Positions 28,869 to 39,106 are shown, counted from the stretch's first letter. The stretch: 40,993 nt of DNA from a bacterium (GCA_017505585.1 JAFVOZ010000030.1:1-40993), one strand, 5' to 3'. Notes: generated from the sequence alone by a model not told the origin. Numbers and translations: made by a program.

Positions 28869-30104
28869 TTATAACCCTTTTATGTAATTTGCCAAAAATT
28901 CGGTTGCACCTTGGTTTTCAAGAATTGCTTTTTTGGAATTTTCTTTCATTTCATTTTGGTAATTGAGGTCGGTTAATATCTTTTCAAGCTCGGCTTCAAG
29001 TTCAACCCCGTCGGATACAATTTTTGCACAATTGTATTTCAAAAGTTCGCGGTATATTACTTTAAAGTTTTTGATGTTAGCCCCTGATACTACGGGTTTT
29101 GACCATATTGTTGCCTCAAGCGGGTTGTGCCCTCCTGTGTTATTAAAGCTTCCGCAGATGATACTAACATCTGAAACGGCATATAATCTTGAAAGTTCTC
29201 CCGTTGTGTTGAGCACTATAACATCTGCTTTTTCAAGGTTCGGGCTTGTTGTTCTTAGGTTGTAATTCAGTTTTTCGCTCTCTAAAAGTGCGCAAACTGA
29301 ATTTACGCGCTCTAGGTGCCTCGGTGCGATTATAAGTTTTAAGTTTTCAATTTTATTTTTCAAATTTTTATAAGCAGAAATTATAATTTCATCTTCACCT
29401 GCATGTGTGCTTCCTGCAAGAATTGTCGGCTTATTTCCTTTGTTATATTCTTTTTTTAGAACAAGTGCTGTTTCATCAGATGGAAACTCAATGTCGAATT
29501 TAATATTTCCCATATTCTGCACAATTTCAGGGCTTGCGCCAATTTCAATAAACTTTTTAGCGTCTTCTTCGCTTTGCGCTAAAATGCCTGCGAAGTTTTT
29601 AAACACGTATTTGAAGAAAAAATTCAAAGCTTTATAAGTTTTAAAAGTAGAATCCGAGATCCTGCCGTTTGAAATAAAAACCTTAACTCCTGATTTTTTC
29701 ATATTGTGCACAAAATTAGGCCAAATTTCTGTTTCAAAAATCATAACTTTACTTGGGTTTATTGCACGTTTTGCTGAATTAATCGCAAAATCAATGTCGA
29801 GCGGGAAATAGCAAATTTTTTCACAATAATCTGATAATTTTTTATTGGCAAGCTCTAATCCTTGCGGGGTGGATACTGTGAGTACTATTTTTTCATCTTT
29901 ATAGTTTTTTATAAATTCTGTTACCGCTTGAACTTCGCCAACTGAAACTGCGTGAATCCAGAAAGTTTTTTCATCTATTTTGTAATTATACAATCCTAGT
30001 TTTTCAAAAAAACCGGCTCTGATTTTTTTTGAAAATACCGAGATTAAAGCAATTGCAGGTATGAAAAATATCGGAAAAAATATTCTGTATAAATTAATCA
30101 TCAA
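28869..30104 (-). CDS. waaA: 3-deoxy-D-manno-octulosonic acid (Kdo) transferase
   Basis: N-terminal TM anchor, the WIHAVSVGEV motif, and a GT-B C-terminal half (GGSF...GGHNPLEA). Confidence 0.88.
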   Translation of the reverse strand: MMINLYRIFFPIFFIPAIALISVFSKKIRAGFFEKLGLYNYKIDEKTFWIHAVSVGEVQAVTEFIKNYKDEKIVLTVSTPQGLELANKKLSDYCEKICYFPLDIDFAINSAKRAINPSKVMIFETEIWPNFVHNMKKSGVKVFISNGRISDSTFKTYKALNFFFKYVFKNFAGILAQSEEDAKKFIEIGASPEIVQNMGNIKFDIEFPSDETALVLKKEYNKGNKPTILAGSTHAGEDEIIISAYKNLKNKIENLKLIIAPRHLERVNSVCALLESEKLNYNLRTTSPNLEKADVIVLNTTGELSRLYAVSDVSIICGSFNNTGGHNPLEATIWSKPVVSGANIKNFKVIYRELLKYNCAKIVSDGVELEAELEKILTDLNYQNEMKENSKKAILENQGATEFLANYIKGL

Positions 30105-31488
30105 TTTTTATCTCTACTTCAAAACTTCTCGACCAAGGAAGTGAATACCGTGCTTTTTTATAATTATAATTGAAATATTTTTTAATCCTATCTTCAAAAA
30201 ACTCGAATTCTTTTTCGTGCGGCGCAATTTCAAATTTGCCCAATGTTTCGCCTTCTTGGCGCACAATTTTTCTTATGTTTGCCTGGTATGCCCAATCATC
30301 CAAAAACCTTATTGCGTTTAGTTTTTTGAAGGCCTTTTCGTTTGGCTTGTCTGCAAAATATTTAACAAGTGCCATGCAAATAACCGAACCTATTGTGTTT
30401 GCGCTTGTGTTATAACCTGAGTATCCTAAAAAATTATTATCAAATCTTGCATCTAGAATGTTTTCCATAAAATTTTTGTCTGCGCCGTTTGCGTTATTTA
30501 CATCGGCTATGAAATAAGGCTTTTTAAAATCTAAATTATGTTTTAAATTTGATTTATTTTCTTTGCCTAACACATGGTCGCCTTGTTCATATTCAAAATT
30601 GTTGATGTAGAAAATTAAATCTGCATCGTCTTTAATTTCAACTCCCGCAAGCGATAACTGCCCTTTGGTGCAGTCTGCAAGCGTTATATCTTCGTATTTT
30701 GAAATTTTATTTTTTGAATTATTGTGGGCAAAAACTGTTTGAACGGTCAACTTCTTTTCTTCTATAATCGCCCTTGCAAGTAGCGTTAGTGGAATTTCAT
30801 CCGCGCCTGTTTTAATTAAAATGTTGCCATGGCCTTCGCTCGCTTTTGCAAGTTTTTCCGCTTCTTCCACATTTAAACCGAACTCTGCACAATCATCTTT
30901 TGAAAAAATTAGAGTATTAATAATATTTTTCTTTGCAAGCTCAAGATAATAATTGTTTATTTTGAAATTTCTTTCTCGAGTCTTGATATAATCTTCTAAA
31001 ATTTCTTTTGGGATTGTGTTAATAACGCAATTTGCTTGATAGAGCCTTCTTGACTTATGTAAGTGATATGAATATTCAAAAATCTTTTTGCCCCAAGGGT
31101 TCCAATATTCTTTTTCTTCTTCGTTAATACTGTTATTTGAAATGCGCATTATGCTTGAAAAAGCATAGATTTTAGCATTTTGATTGTCAATAATTTTTTC
31201 AAGCCTTTTAACTCTTAATAAAATTTCGTCAAAATCTTCCGTGCATCTTCTCGAATTTACAAGTCCGCCATAGGCAAGTGTATCAAGGCTTAATATTATA
31301 AAATCAACATCGGGTAAATTTTCAAGCCAAGAAAAAATATTTTCAATTCTTGCAGGCTTTATTAAGCCGCCCAAATCTTCCCGTGGCGGAAGATATAGCT
31401 TGATATTTTCGTCTTGTGCGCAAATATCCGATATAAGGTTATAGCATATCGGGCGATTATCAATCGGAACTATTGCAATCTTTTTCAT
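30094..31488 (-). CDS. DUF4127-family protein
   Basis: The N-terminus MKKIAIVPIDNRPICYN matches the characteristic DUF4127 start (..PLDERPCN-like). The ATG at 31488 is preferred over the track start at 31536. The stop overlaps the waaA start by 11 nt. Confidence 0.7.
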   Translation of the reverse strand: MKKIAIVPIDNRPICYNLISDICAQDENIKLYLPPREDLGGLIKPARIENIFSWLENLPDVDFIILSLDTLAYGGLVNSRRCTEDFDEILLRVKRLEKIIDNQNAKIYAFSSIMRISNNSINEEEKEYWNPWGKKIFEYSYHLHKSRRLYQANCVINTIPKEILEDYIKTRERNFKINNYYLELAKKNIINTLIFSKDDCAEFGLNVEEAEKLAKASEGHGNILIKTGADEIPLTLLARAIIEEKKLTVQTVFAHNNSKNKISKYEDITLADCTKGQLSLAGVEIKDDADLIFYINNFEYEQGDHVLGKENKSNLKHNLDFKKPYFIADVNNANGADKNFMENILDARFDNNFLGYSGYNTSANTIGSVICMALVKYFADKPNEKAFKKLNAIRFLDDWAYQANIRKIVRQEGETLGKFEIAPHEKEFEFFEDRIKKYFNYNYKKARYSLPWSRSFEVEIKIDD

Positions 31489-31554
31489 GAAATCAATTTT
31501 ACAACATTTTCTGTTTGATTTACAATATTTATACACAAAATTTATGGAGAAATT

Positions 31555-32886
31555 TTGAAATTTACTTTAGCTGAGATAATTGATGCGACTGGGGCTAAAC
31601 TTATTTGGGGAGAGGAGATTCCCGCTAAGTTTGGAATTAGCACGGACACAAGAACAATAAAAGAAAACGATATTTATTTACCACTCAGGGGTGAAAATTT
31701 TGATGGGCACACTTTTATTGCAAATGCAATGAACGCTGGTGCTGTCGGTTATTTTACGCAAAATGAAAATGTTATGGATAAACGTGCGAAGTTTGTTCTA
31801 TACGTTAAAAATTCCCTTGTGGCATATCTTGAACTTGCAAAATATGTGAGGAATAAAATTAATCCGCGCGTTATTGCAATCACTGGTAGCTCAGGGAAAA
31901 CAACCGTAAAAGAAATGATGAGCGAAGTGCTTGTTACAACTTTTAAAACACATAAGTCAAAACTTAATCATAACAATGAAATTGGTTTGTGCCAAACAAT
32001 GTTTTCTATGCCCGAAGATACGGAAGTTGCGGTTGTTGAATTCGGCATGAGAAATTTGGGCGAGATTGAGCTTCTTGCAAAATATTTAGAACCGAATATC
32101 GGAATAATTACCAATATCGGAACAGCACATGTTGAAAGATTGGGTTCTGTTCAAAACATTGCAACAGCAAAATGCGAAATATTGGATTATATCAAAAAAG
32201 ATGGCACATTTGTTTCAATAAATGACGAAAAAGTAATTTCGAGAGCTAAAAATTTTGAGCTCGAGAAACATTTTCTTTCAATTGACAATGTTACAGATAT
32301 TGAAATTTCAAAAAACTATACTTCATTTGTTTATAAAAATGAAAAATATGAACTTCAAATCGAAGGTGAGCACAATATTGAAAATGCTCTTTTGGTGATA
32401 AGTGCAGCGGAAAAACTTGGGGTTACGACAGAAAATATTAAAAAGGGTCTTTGGAATTTTCGTCAAATTGAAAAGAGATGGGAAATCACAAAACACAAAG
32501 AATTAACATTTATAAACGATAGTTATAATGCCAATCCTGAATCAATGAGGGCAGTTTTAAAAACATTTTTATCTGTTTATAAAGAGCCTGTATATTTGGT
32601 TCTTGGGGATATGGCAGAGCTTGGAAAAGACGAAATAAAATATCACAAAGAAATCGGTAAATTTTTGAATAATTACGAAGGTGCAAAACTTTTGACGGTC
32701 GGCAATTTGGCGAAATTTATATCCCAAAATACAAAAATTTCGGCAATTCATTTTAATTCCCATAAAGAATGTGCGGAATATATTGCAGGCAATTGTGAAA
32801 ATGGCGCGACCTTGCTTTTTAAAGCATCAAGAGTTATGCAGTTTGAAAAAATTATAGAGGAAATTAAAAACTATGATAATGACTAG
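31555..32886 (+). CDS. murF: UDP-N-acetylmuramoyl-tripeptide--D-alanyl-D-alanine ligase
   Basis: ITGSSGKTTVKEM P-loop, DSYNANPESM, and a Mur-ligase three-domain layout. The TTG start has GGAG 5 nt upstream. Confidence 0.9.
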   Translation: MKFTLAEIIDATGAKLIWGEEIPAKFGISTDTRTIKENDIYLPLRGENFDGHTFIANAMNAGAVGYFTQNENVMDKRAKFVLYVKNSLVAYLELAKYVRNKINPRVIAITGSSGKTTVKEMMSEVLVTTFKTHKSKLNHNNEIGLCQTMFSMPEDTEVAVVEFGMRNLGEIELLAKYLEPNIGIITNIGTAHVERLGSVQNIATAKCEILDYIKKDGTFVSINDEKVISRAKNFELEKHFLSIDNVTDIEISKNYTSFVYKNEKYELQIEGEHNIENALLVISAAEKLGVTTENIKKGLWNFRQIEKRWEITKHKELTFINDSYNANPESMRAVLKTFLSVYKEPVYLVLGDMAELGKDEIKYHKEIGKFLNNYEGAKLLTVGNLAKFISQNTKISAIHFNSHKECAEYIAGNCENGATLLFKASRVMQFEKIIEEIKNYDND

Positions 32887-33847
32887 TGTTGCAGGCTTAA
32901 TTGCTCTTGTGTTAACTTTGCTTTTGGGTGTTCCCTACATTGCTTTTATGAAAAAGAAAATGTATGCACAATATCTTCGCGAAGAAGTTGCGCAGATGCA
33001 TGCAGGTAAGGAAAAGACATCAACAACAGGCGGTGTTTTTATGGTGCTTGCAATAGTGGTTGCTTCAATTATTGCACTTTTTATGGCGGAAGCTGCGACA
33101 AAAAGAGCTTGTATTGCAATAATTACATTTCTTTTTTACGCTTTCACCGGTTTTGAAGATGACATCAAAAAAATTAAGGGCAAGCAAAATATGGGGCTTA
33201 GTGCAAAGGGTAAATTGATGTTGCAAATTGCGGTTAGTTTGCTCCCTGCAATATATCTTATTTACTCTTCAAGAACTGAAATTTCTTTCTTTAATTTTAG
33301 CTTAGAACTTGGCTGGTTCTTCTACCCGCTGTTTGCAATTTTTATGATTGTTGGTGCGTCAAATGCCGTGAACCTCACGGATGGGCTTGACGGGCTTGCG
33401 TCGTCCAGTTCTTTATGGGCGTTTTTGGCTTGTTCCGTTCTTTCTTTTATGAATGGTTATATTGACCTTGCAATTATTTCGGCAGCAGCAGCAGCGACTT
33501 CTCTTGGCTTTTTATATTACAACAAAAAACCTGCACAAATTTTTATGGGCGACACGGGAAGTTTGGCTCTTGGTGGTCTTCTTGCCACAATTGCTATTAT
33601 GGGAAAATTTGAACTTTGGTTAATTCCGATTGGAATTTTATTTATATGTGAAACATTATCTGTAATGTTGCAAGTTGCAAGTTTTAAACTAACAGGCAAA
33701 AGGATTTTCAAAATGAGTCCGATACATCACCATTTTGAGCTTTTAGGGTGGAGCGAAAAGAAAATCGTGTTCGTGTTTTCTTTAGTTTCTTTTATTGGCT
33801 CAGCTCTTGCTGTTGTCGGCTTCTATTTTGCAAAAACTATGGGTTAA
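32873..33847 (+). CDS. mraY: Phospho-N-acetylmuramoyl-pentapeptide transferase
   Basis: GFEDDIKK, NAVNLTDGLDGLA, PAQIFMGDTGSLALGG and PIHHHFE are present. Confidence 0.93.
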   Translation: MIMTSVAGLIALVLTLLLGVPYIAFMKKKMYAQYLREEVAQMHAGKEKTSTTGGVFMVLAIVVASIIALFMAEAATKRACIAIITFLFYAFTGFEDDIKKIKGKQNMGLSAKGKLMLQIAVSLLPAIYLIYSSRTEISFFNFSLELGWFFYPLFAIFMIVGASNAVNLTDGLDGLASSSSLWAFLACSVLSFMNGYIDLAIISAAAAATSLGFLYYNKKPAQIFMGDTGSLALGGLLATIAIMGKFELWLIPIGILFICETLSVMLQVASFKLTGKRIFKMSPIHHHFELLGWSEKKIVFVFSLVSFIGSALAVVGFYFAKTMG

Positions 33848-33848
33848 T

Positions 33849-35183
33849 ATGGAATTAAAAAACAAAAAAATCTTAATTTTAGGGTTGAGTGTTACTGGGC
33901 TTGGAGTAGCTAAGTTTTTGTGCGATAAAGGAGCGGATTGCTATATTTCCGAATTTGACAAGAAAAAAGAAAATTCTGTCGAACATAAAGTTGCGGAAGA
34001 ATTAGGCGCAAGGCTCGAATTTGGCGGACACTCGTTAGATTTTATTCAAGGAAGTGAATTTGCAATAATCAGCCCTTCAATCCCACAAAGTGCGCCTGTT
34101 CTAAAGCTTATGGCGGAAAACAATATTGAATATATGTCAGATATCGAATTTATTTCAAGATATTTAAATGATAATAAAAAATTTGCGATGATAACAGGCA
34201 CAAACGGTAAAACAACAACTACCATGCTTGTATCCCATATACTAAGCGCAAAATTAAAAGCTCCCGTTTGCGGAAATATCGGGGTTTCCCCGCTTGAAGT
34301 TTTGCATAATGATCCAAAAACGGAATGTTTTGTCTGTGAAATGAGCTCTTATCAAGCTCATTACTCAAACACTTTTGCACCTCATGTTGCAATTTTTTGC
34401 AACCTAACACCTGATCATATATCTTTCCATGGTTCGGTTGATGAATATTTTGAAGCAAAAGCTAAGATTTTTAGAGCACAAACAAAAAACGATTATGCAA
34501 TTCTAAATGCCGATGATACTTATTGTGAAAAATTAGGCAAAGAATTAAATTCAAATGTAATTTATTTTTCGACAAGAAAATCTGCAGATGTTGAGCTAAA
34601 AAATGACAAAATTTATTTTAAAGGCGAAGATATAATTAATGTTTCCGACCTTCCGATTGTTGGCGAACATAATGTGCAAAATGTTATGTCGGCTATTGCG
34701 GTTGCCAAAGTTTTAGGGGTTGAAAACGAAATTATTAGTGCGCAAATCAAAACATTTAAAGCAGCTCCGCACAGGTGCGAATTTATATTAGAAAAAGATG
34801 GTATCAAATTTTACAATGATTCAAAGGCAACAAATCCGGAGGCGACAATTGTTGCACTTCGTGCATTTCCAAATCAAAAAGTGGTGCTTATTGCAGGCGG
34901 TAGAGATAAAAACACTTCGCTTGATGAATTTTGTGAAGTCGTAAAAGAAAATATAGCTTCGGTCGTGCTTATAGGAGAGGCTGCGGACAGATTTGAAGCC
35001 GAGCTTAAAAAATCAGGTTATAATGAAATAGTGCGTGCTGAAACTTTTAGTGAAGCAATTGATATTTCGGCGAAAATGAAGCCTGATGTTGTTTTGTTGT
35101 CGCCTGCGTGCGCTAGTTTTGATATGTTTAAAAGTTTTGAAGACAGAGGAGAGAAATTTAGAGAATATGTATTATCAAGGTAA
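33849..35183 (+). CDS. murD: UDP-N-acetylmuramoylalanine--D-glutamate ligase
   Basis: The N-terminus is MELKNKKILILGLSVTG, with ITGTNGKTTTT and NDSKATNPEA. The ATG at 33849 follows the mraY TAA by 1 nt. The track ORF extension 33795..33848 overlaps mraY. Confidence 0.92.
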   Translation: MELKNKKILILGLSVTGLGVAKFLCDKGADCYISEFDKKKENSVEHKVAEELGARLEFGGHSLDFIQGSEFAIISPSIPQSAPVLKLMAENNIEYMSDIEFISRYLNDNKKFAMITGTNGKTTTTMLVSHILSAKLKAPVCGNIGVSPLEVLHNDPKTECFVCEMSSYQAHYSNTFAPHVAIFCNLTPDHISFHGSVDEYFEAKAKIFRAQTKNDYAILNADDTYCEKLGKELNSNVIYFSTRKSADVELKNDKIYFKGEDIINVSDLPIVGEHNVQNVMSAIAVAKVLGVENEIISAQIKTFKAAPHRCEFILEKDGIKFYNDSKATNPEATIVALRAFPNQKVVLIAGGRDKNTSLDEFCEVVKENIASVVLIGEAADRFEAELKKSGYNEIVRAETFSEAIDISAKMKPDVVLLSPACASFDMFKSFEDRGEKFREYVLSR

Positions 35184-36336
35184 TTATCCTAATAATCAAG
35201 ACGGCTCTGATTTATCTCACACTAAGCCACTTGTGAGCCCACCCGACAGGAAACTTATTATAGCTGTGGTTCTTCTTATTGTGCTCGGGCTTATGGTGGT
35301 GTTTTCTTCTTCCGCCCCAAAGGCGATTGCAGCAGGGGTTAGCCCTTTACATTTTGTCGGAAAGCAATTCATATTTTTAATTTTGGGGACTATTGGCTGT
35401 TGGTTTTTCTCTAAAATCGATTGCAGAAGACTAAAACCGCTTTCCCTATATTTTGCGTGGTTTGTTTTTGCTTTGCTTGTGTTGGTTGAAATCAAAGGGC
35501 AAACGGTAAACGGTGCAAAAAGGTGGTTAGATTTAGGTTTTATACAATTTCAGCCTTCAGAATTTGCAAAACCTGCTCTTGTTTTGTGTTTTGCAACCGC
35601 TTTTCAGAAAGATAATATTCTTTTTACGGCAAAGAAAATTCCATATTTGCTTGTTTTTGCAGCCATTATGCTTTTAGTGTTTAAACAGCCGAACTTATCT
35701 ATGTTTATTATTCTTGGGGCGACAATGGCGGCAATGTTTTTCTGTTCTGCAGGCTATGGCAAACAAATAATTGCATTGATTGTTGCAAGTATTCCAACGG
35801 CGTGGCTTTTGATGCATGATTATCAAAAACAAAGGGTTTTAACTTGGTTAGACCCTTTCCGCGATCCGCAAGGAGATGGTTATAACATCATTCAATCCTT
35901 GATTGCATTTGCAAGCGGTAAGTTCTTCGGTGTCGGGTTTGGAAATTCAAGGCAAAAGCTGAGTTGGCTTCCTGAAGGGCATACAGATTTTATTTTTGCA
36001 ATTGTCGCGGAAGAGTTCGGATTTTTGGGGTGCATTTTTGTAATAGGATTATTTGCTACATTTGTTTCCCGCGGCCTTGTTATTTCTGCTCGCTCAGACG
36101 ACACGTTTTCAAAACTTCTCGCGCTTGGTATAACTTTTTCAATAGGTTTTCAAGCGTTAGTTAATATGGGTGTATCAAGCTCCGCAATACCTGCAACGGG
36201 TGTACCTTTGCCGTTTATCAGCTACGGCGGAAGTTCGCTTTTTGTAACATTATGTATGGTTGGAGTTTTATTAAATATTTCAAAAAGAAGGATAGAAAGA
36301 ATCCCCTCAAGGAATTTAGCGTATGAAAGAAGATAA
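35167..36336 (+). CDS. ftsW: SEDS-family peptidoglycan glycosyltransferase FtsW
   Basis: QPSEFAKP, LPEGHTDFIFA and PLPFISYGGSS are present, and the gene sits in the dcw cluster. The ATG at 35167 (MYYQGNY...) is preferred over the track start at 35086 inside murD. Confidence 0.88.
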   Translation: MYYQGNYPNNQDGSDLSHTKPLVSPPDRKLIIAVVLLIVLGLMVVFSSSAPKAIAAGVSPLHFVGKQFIFLILGTIGCWFFSKIDCRRLKPLSLYFAWFVFALLVLVEIKGQTVNGAKRWLDLGFIQFQPSEFAKPALVLCFATAFQKDNILFTAKKIPYLLVFAAIMLLVFKQPNLSMFIILGATMAAMFFCSAGYGKQIIALIVASIPTAWLLMHDYQKQRVLTWLDPFRDPQGDGYNIIQSLIAFASGKFFGVGFGNSRQKLSWLPEGHTDFIFAIVAEEFGFLGCIFVIGLFATFVSRGLVISARSDDTFSKLLALGITFSIGFQALVNMGVSSSAIPATGVPLPFISYGGSSLFVTLCMVGVLLNISKRRIERIPSRNLAYERR

Positions 36337-37417
36337 AATATTTTTTATAACAGGCGGAGGCACAGGCGGACATATTTACCCTGCACTCACTCTTGCTAAA
36401 AAATTAGTGTCAGAAGGCTTCAAGGTTTATTTTGTTGGGAATAAAAGAAACCTTGAATATAAAATTGCACTGGAGAATGGGCTTAATTTTCTTGATGTAA
36501 ATGTTAGTTCTATGCCAAGAAAAGCAAGTTTGAATTTTATTTTTTGGGGTTTTCAAACATTTTTTGCAAGCCTTGTTGCAATATTTTACGCACTGAAATA
36601 CAAACCGAATGCCGCTTTTGCAACAGGTGGCTATGTTTGTGCACCAACCCTTATTGCATCAAAATTACTCAAAATTCCATACATGACACATGATTCTGAT
36701 ACTTACCCGGGGATTGTATCGAGAGTTTTTTCAAAGTATGCCACATGTGCAACAGTTGCTTTCCCTGAGGCTGAAAAATATCTAAAATGCAAAAATATTA
36801 TTCTTGCAGGAAATCCTATAAGAGATAATTTTGCAAACGCAGACAGAGATTTTGCACTTCAAGAACTTGGGCTTGAAGATAAAAAAACAATTTATATTAC
36901 AGGGGGCTCCCAAGGTGCAAAAACATTGAATGAGAGCGCATTCAATGTGATTGAGAAATTGAAAGAAAACCAAGAAATTCAATTAATTTTGCAAACCGGT
37001 ATTAAAAATTATGATGAAACTGTAGCTAAACTTGGCGAATTACCGAAAAATATTTTAATTAAACCATATTTTAGTGATACCTCTCTTCCTCTCGCTTGCG
37101 CTGATTTAGTTGTATCGAGAGGCGGCTCTCTTTCGATTTCTGAAATTTTAGCAAGCGGAACACCTTCAATTATTGTTCCGTATCCACATGCTGCTAAAAA
37201 CCACCAAGAATTAAATGCAAAAAGCGTTGAAAACATCGGCTGCACAATTGTTTTGAATGACTCTGAATGCGTTGAGAATTTGGCTGATATGGCATTTGAA
37301 CTTGTGTATAATGATGAAAAATTATCTGAGATGAAAGCAAATATTAAAGAAAATTCAAAGCCAAACGGCACACAAGAGATTTTTGAAAAATTGCTGGAGA
37401 TTGCAGGTGACAGATAA
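36323..37417 (+). CDS. murG: UDP-GlcNAc--undecaprenyl-PP-MurNAc-pentapeptide GlcNAc transferase
   Basis: ITGGGTGGHIYPAL, GGSQGA and RGGSLSISE are present. Confidence 0.92.
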   Translation: MKEDKIFFITGGGTGGHIYPALTLAKKLVSEGFKVYFVGNKRNLEYKIALENGLNFLDVNVSSMPRKASLNFIFWGFQTFFASLVAIFYALKYKPNAAFATGGYVCAPTLIASKLLKIPYMTHDSDTYPGIVSRVFSKYATCATVAFPEAEKYLKCKNIILAGNPIRDNFANADRDFALQELGLEDKKTIYITGGSQGAKTLNESAFNVIEKLKENQEIQLILQTGIKNYDETVAKLGELPKNILIKPYFSDTSLPLACADLVVSRGGSLSISEILASGTPSIIVPYPHAAKNHQELNAKSVENIGCTIVLNDSECVENLADMAFELVYNDEKLSEMKANIKENSKPNGTQEIFEKLLEIAGDR

Positions 37418-38627
37418 TCTTTTTTCTGAAAATAAGAAAATTATCGACCTTACACTTGAGAGGGTTTCGCGTGTTTTGGAATATTTTAATAACCCTCAAA
37501 ATTCTTTCAAATCAATTCATATTGCAGGTACAAACGGCAAAGGCTCAACCGCAAATATTATAAATTCAACTCTTATGAATGTTTCTGCGTGTAAAAAGGT
37601 TGGGCTGTACACAAGTCCGCACCTTTTTTCGTATTTCGAGCGAATTAAAATAAATAACGAAAATATATCTGAGAATGTTTTTTTAAGTCTTAAAAAAGAG
37701 GTTGAAGACGCGTCTGATAAACTTAAAATCGAGCTTACAGAGTTCGAAATTTTGACCGCAATATGTTTTTTGTATTTTGCTCGCGAGCAAGTTGATATTG
37801 CAATAGTTGAAGTGGGTCTTGGTGGGAGGTTTGATGCAACAAATGTGATAAGTAGGCCTTTGTGCTCAGCTATTGCTTCAATTTCTCTTGATCACACAGA
37901 AAAACTGGGGGATACCTTAGAACGTGTTGCATATGAAAAAGCAGGAATTATAAAAACCGCCACTCCTGTTGTAATTTCAAAATCAAATAAAGGATATTCA
38001 GCTGTTTTGAATGTTGCCAATCAAAAATCTGCGGAAATTTTTAATGCAAGAGAAGATATTGAAATCATAAAAGAAAATGGTAAAAACTTTGCGCTTATCG
38101 GCAAAAAATTGTATGAATTTGGGCTTGAAGGTGTTTTTCAGGCGCAAAATTTAGCACTTGCACTTAAAGCCTTAGAAGTTTTGCCGTTTGAAGTGACTGA
38201 GGATGCGCTTGCGCGAGGCTTGCGCAATGTTAAATGGAGATTCAGGGCGCAATTTATAAAAGACAAAAACCTTCTGATTGATGGTTGTCATAATCCCGAC
38301 GGGGCAAGAGTTTTAAGAGAATATTTAGATAAAAATTTTGCAAATTATAAAATAAGATTTATTTGGGGCTCACTAAAGCACAAGGATTATAATTCCGTTT
38401 TAGATAATTTAGTGCGCACACAAGATGAGCTTTATTTGTATGAATTTGATTATCCAAATGCGCTCAAACATACTGATTTAGATGAAAATTATCGTGCTCG
38501 TTTTAAAATTACGGAAAATCCATTCGAGATAATAAATAATACTGAAGAAAGTAAACTGACTGTTGTTTGCGGGTCTTTATATATGCTTGGGAATTTGTTT
38601 AAGGAATGCGAGATAGAAGGTCTGTAA
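37407..38627 (+). CDS. folC: Bifunctional folylpolyglutamate synthase / dihydrofolate synthase
   Basis: IHIAGTNGKGST, VEVGLGGRFDATN, ISLDHT and DGCHNPDGA are present. The GTG at 37407 has GGAG 7 nt upstream. The track start is the TTG at 37383. Confidence 0.85.
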   Translation: MTDNLFSENKKIIDLTLERVSRVLEYFNNPQNSFKSIHIAGTNGKGSTANIINSTLMNVSACKKVGLYTSPHLFSYFERIKINNENISENVFLSLKKEVEDASDKLKIELTEFEILTAICFLYFAREQVDIAIVEVGLGGRFDATNVISRPLCSAIASISLDHTEKLGDTLERVAYEKAGIIKTATPVVISKSNKGYSAVLNVANQKSAEIFNAREDIEIIKENGKNFALIGKKLYEFGLEGVFQAQNLALALKALEVLPFEVTEDALARGLRNVKWRFRAQFIKDKNLLIDGCHNPDGARVLREYLDKNFANYKIRFIWGSLKHKDYNSVLDNLVRTQDELYLYEFDYPNALKHTDLDENYRARFKITENPFEIINNTEESKLTVVCGSLYMLGNLFKECEIEGL

Positions 38628-38961
38628 TATCTTCTTTTATTTCATCAAATGTGGCGCCAAGACCTGATGTGTGCCCAACCAAAATAAGGCTCATATAATT
38701 ATTTAATTTGTTTTTTACATTGCTGTCGTTTAGGAGGATTAATCTGAGATTTTCTCTCATAAGTCTTTTAAGGCGGTTTCTTCTGACTGCGCGTTTATGA
38801 GTTTTAGTGCTAACCACAAAGCCGATTTTGATTTCATTATCTTCTGTTTGGGCAGGTTTCCCCAAGTATGCTCTAAAAAATTTACAGTCAAAAATCTGCC
38901 TTTGGTTATATGTTCCCACAAAGGCAGAATGTTGTTTAAGTCTGTTCTCAGTTTTAAGCAC
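38599..38961 (-). CDS. rnpA: Ribonuclease P protein component
   Basis: [13 protein letters not shown]...[24 protein letters not shown] (RNR-box) is present. The likely GTG start at 38961 overlaps the rpmH stop (CGTGCTTAA). The track ORF start at 38982 lies inside rpmH. Confidence 0.8.
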   Translation of the reverse strand: MLKTENRLKQHSAFVGTYNQRQIFDCKFFRAYLGKPAQTEDNEIKIGFVVSTKTHKRAVRRNRLKRLMRENLRLILLNDSNVKNKLNNYMSLILVGHTSGLGATFDEIKEDITDLLSRIP

Positions 38962-39106
38962 GAGCTTTAGCTGTAATAGCAACTTGGTGACGTCCTTTAG
39001 CGCGACGTCTGTTTATAGTTTCTCTTCCTGCAGCTGTTGCCATTCTTGCTCTGAAGCCGCTTACATTTTGTCTTTTTCTTTTAGTACCTTCGAGTGTGCG
39101 ACGCAT
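38954..39106 (-). CDS. rpmH: 50S ribosomal protein L34
   Basis: Own translation (below the track's length cut-off) gives [50 protein letters not shown]. It contains the L34 signature GFRARM....GR..I.RRRAKGR. Confidence 0.92.
   Translation of the reverse strand: MRRTLEGTKRKRQNVSGFRARMATAAGRETINRRRAKGRHQVAITAKARA

Noticed and set aside
33795-33848. N-terminal extensions of track ORFs: murD 33795, ftsW 35086, DUF151 13044, DUF4127 31536, proC 39163 and the decarboxylase 16662
   Set aside because: The track begins each ORF at the first possible NTG. Downstream ATG or GTG codons with proper Shine-Dalgarno spacing and family-typical N-termini are better starts. Several extensions overlap the upstream gene or a promoter.
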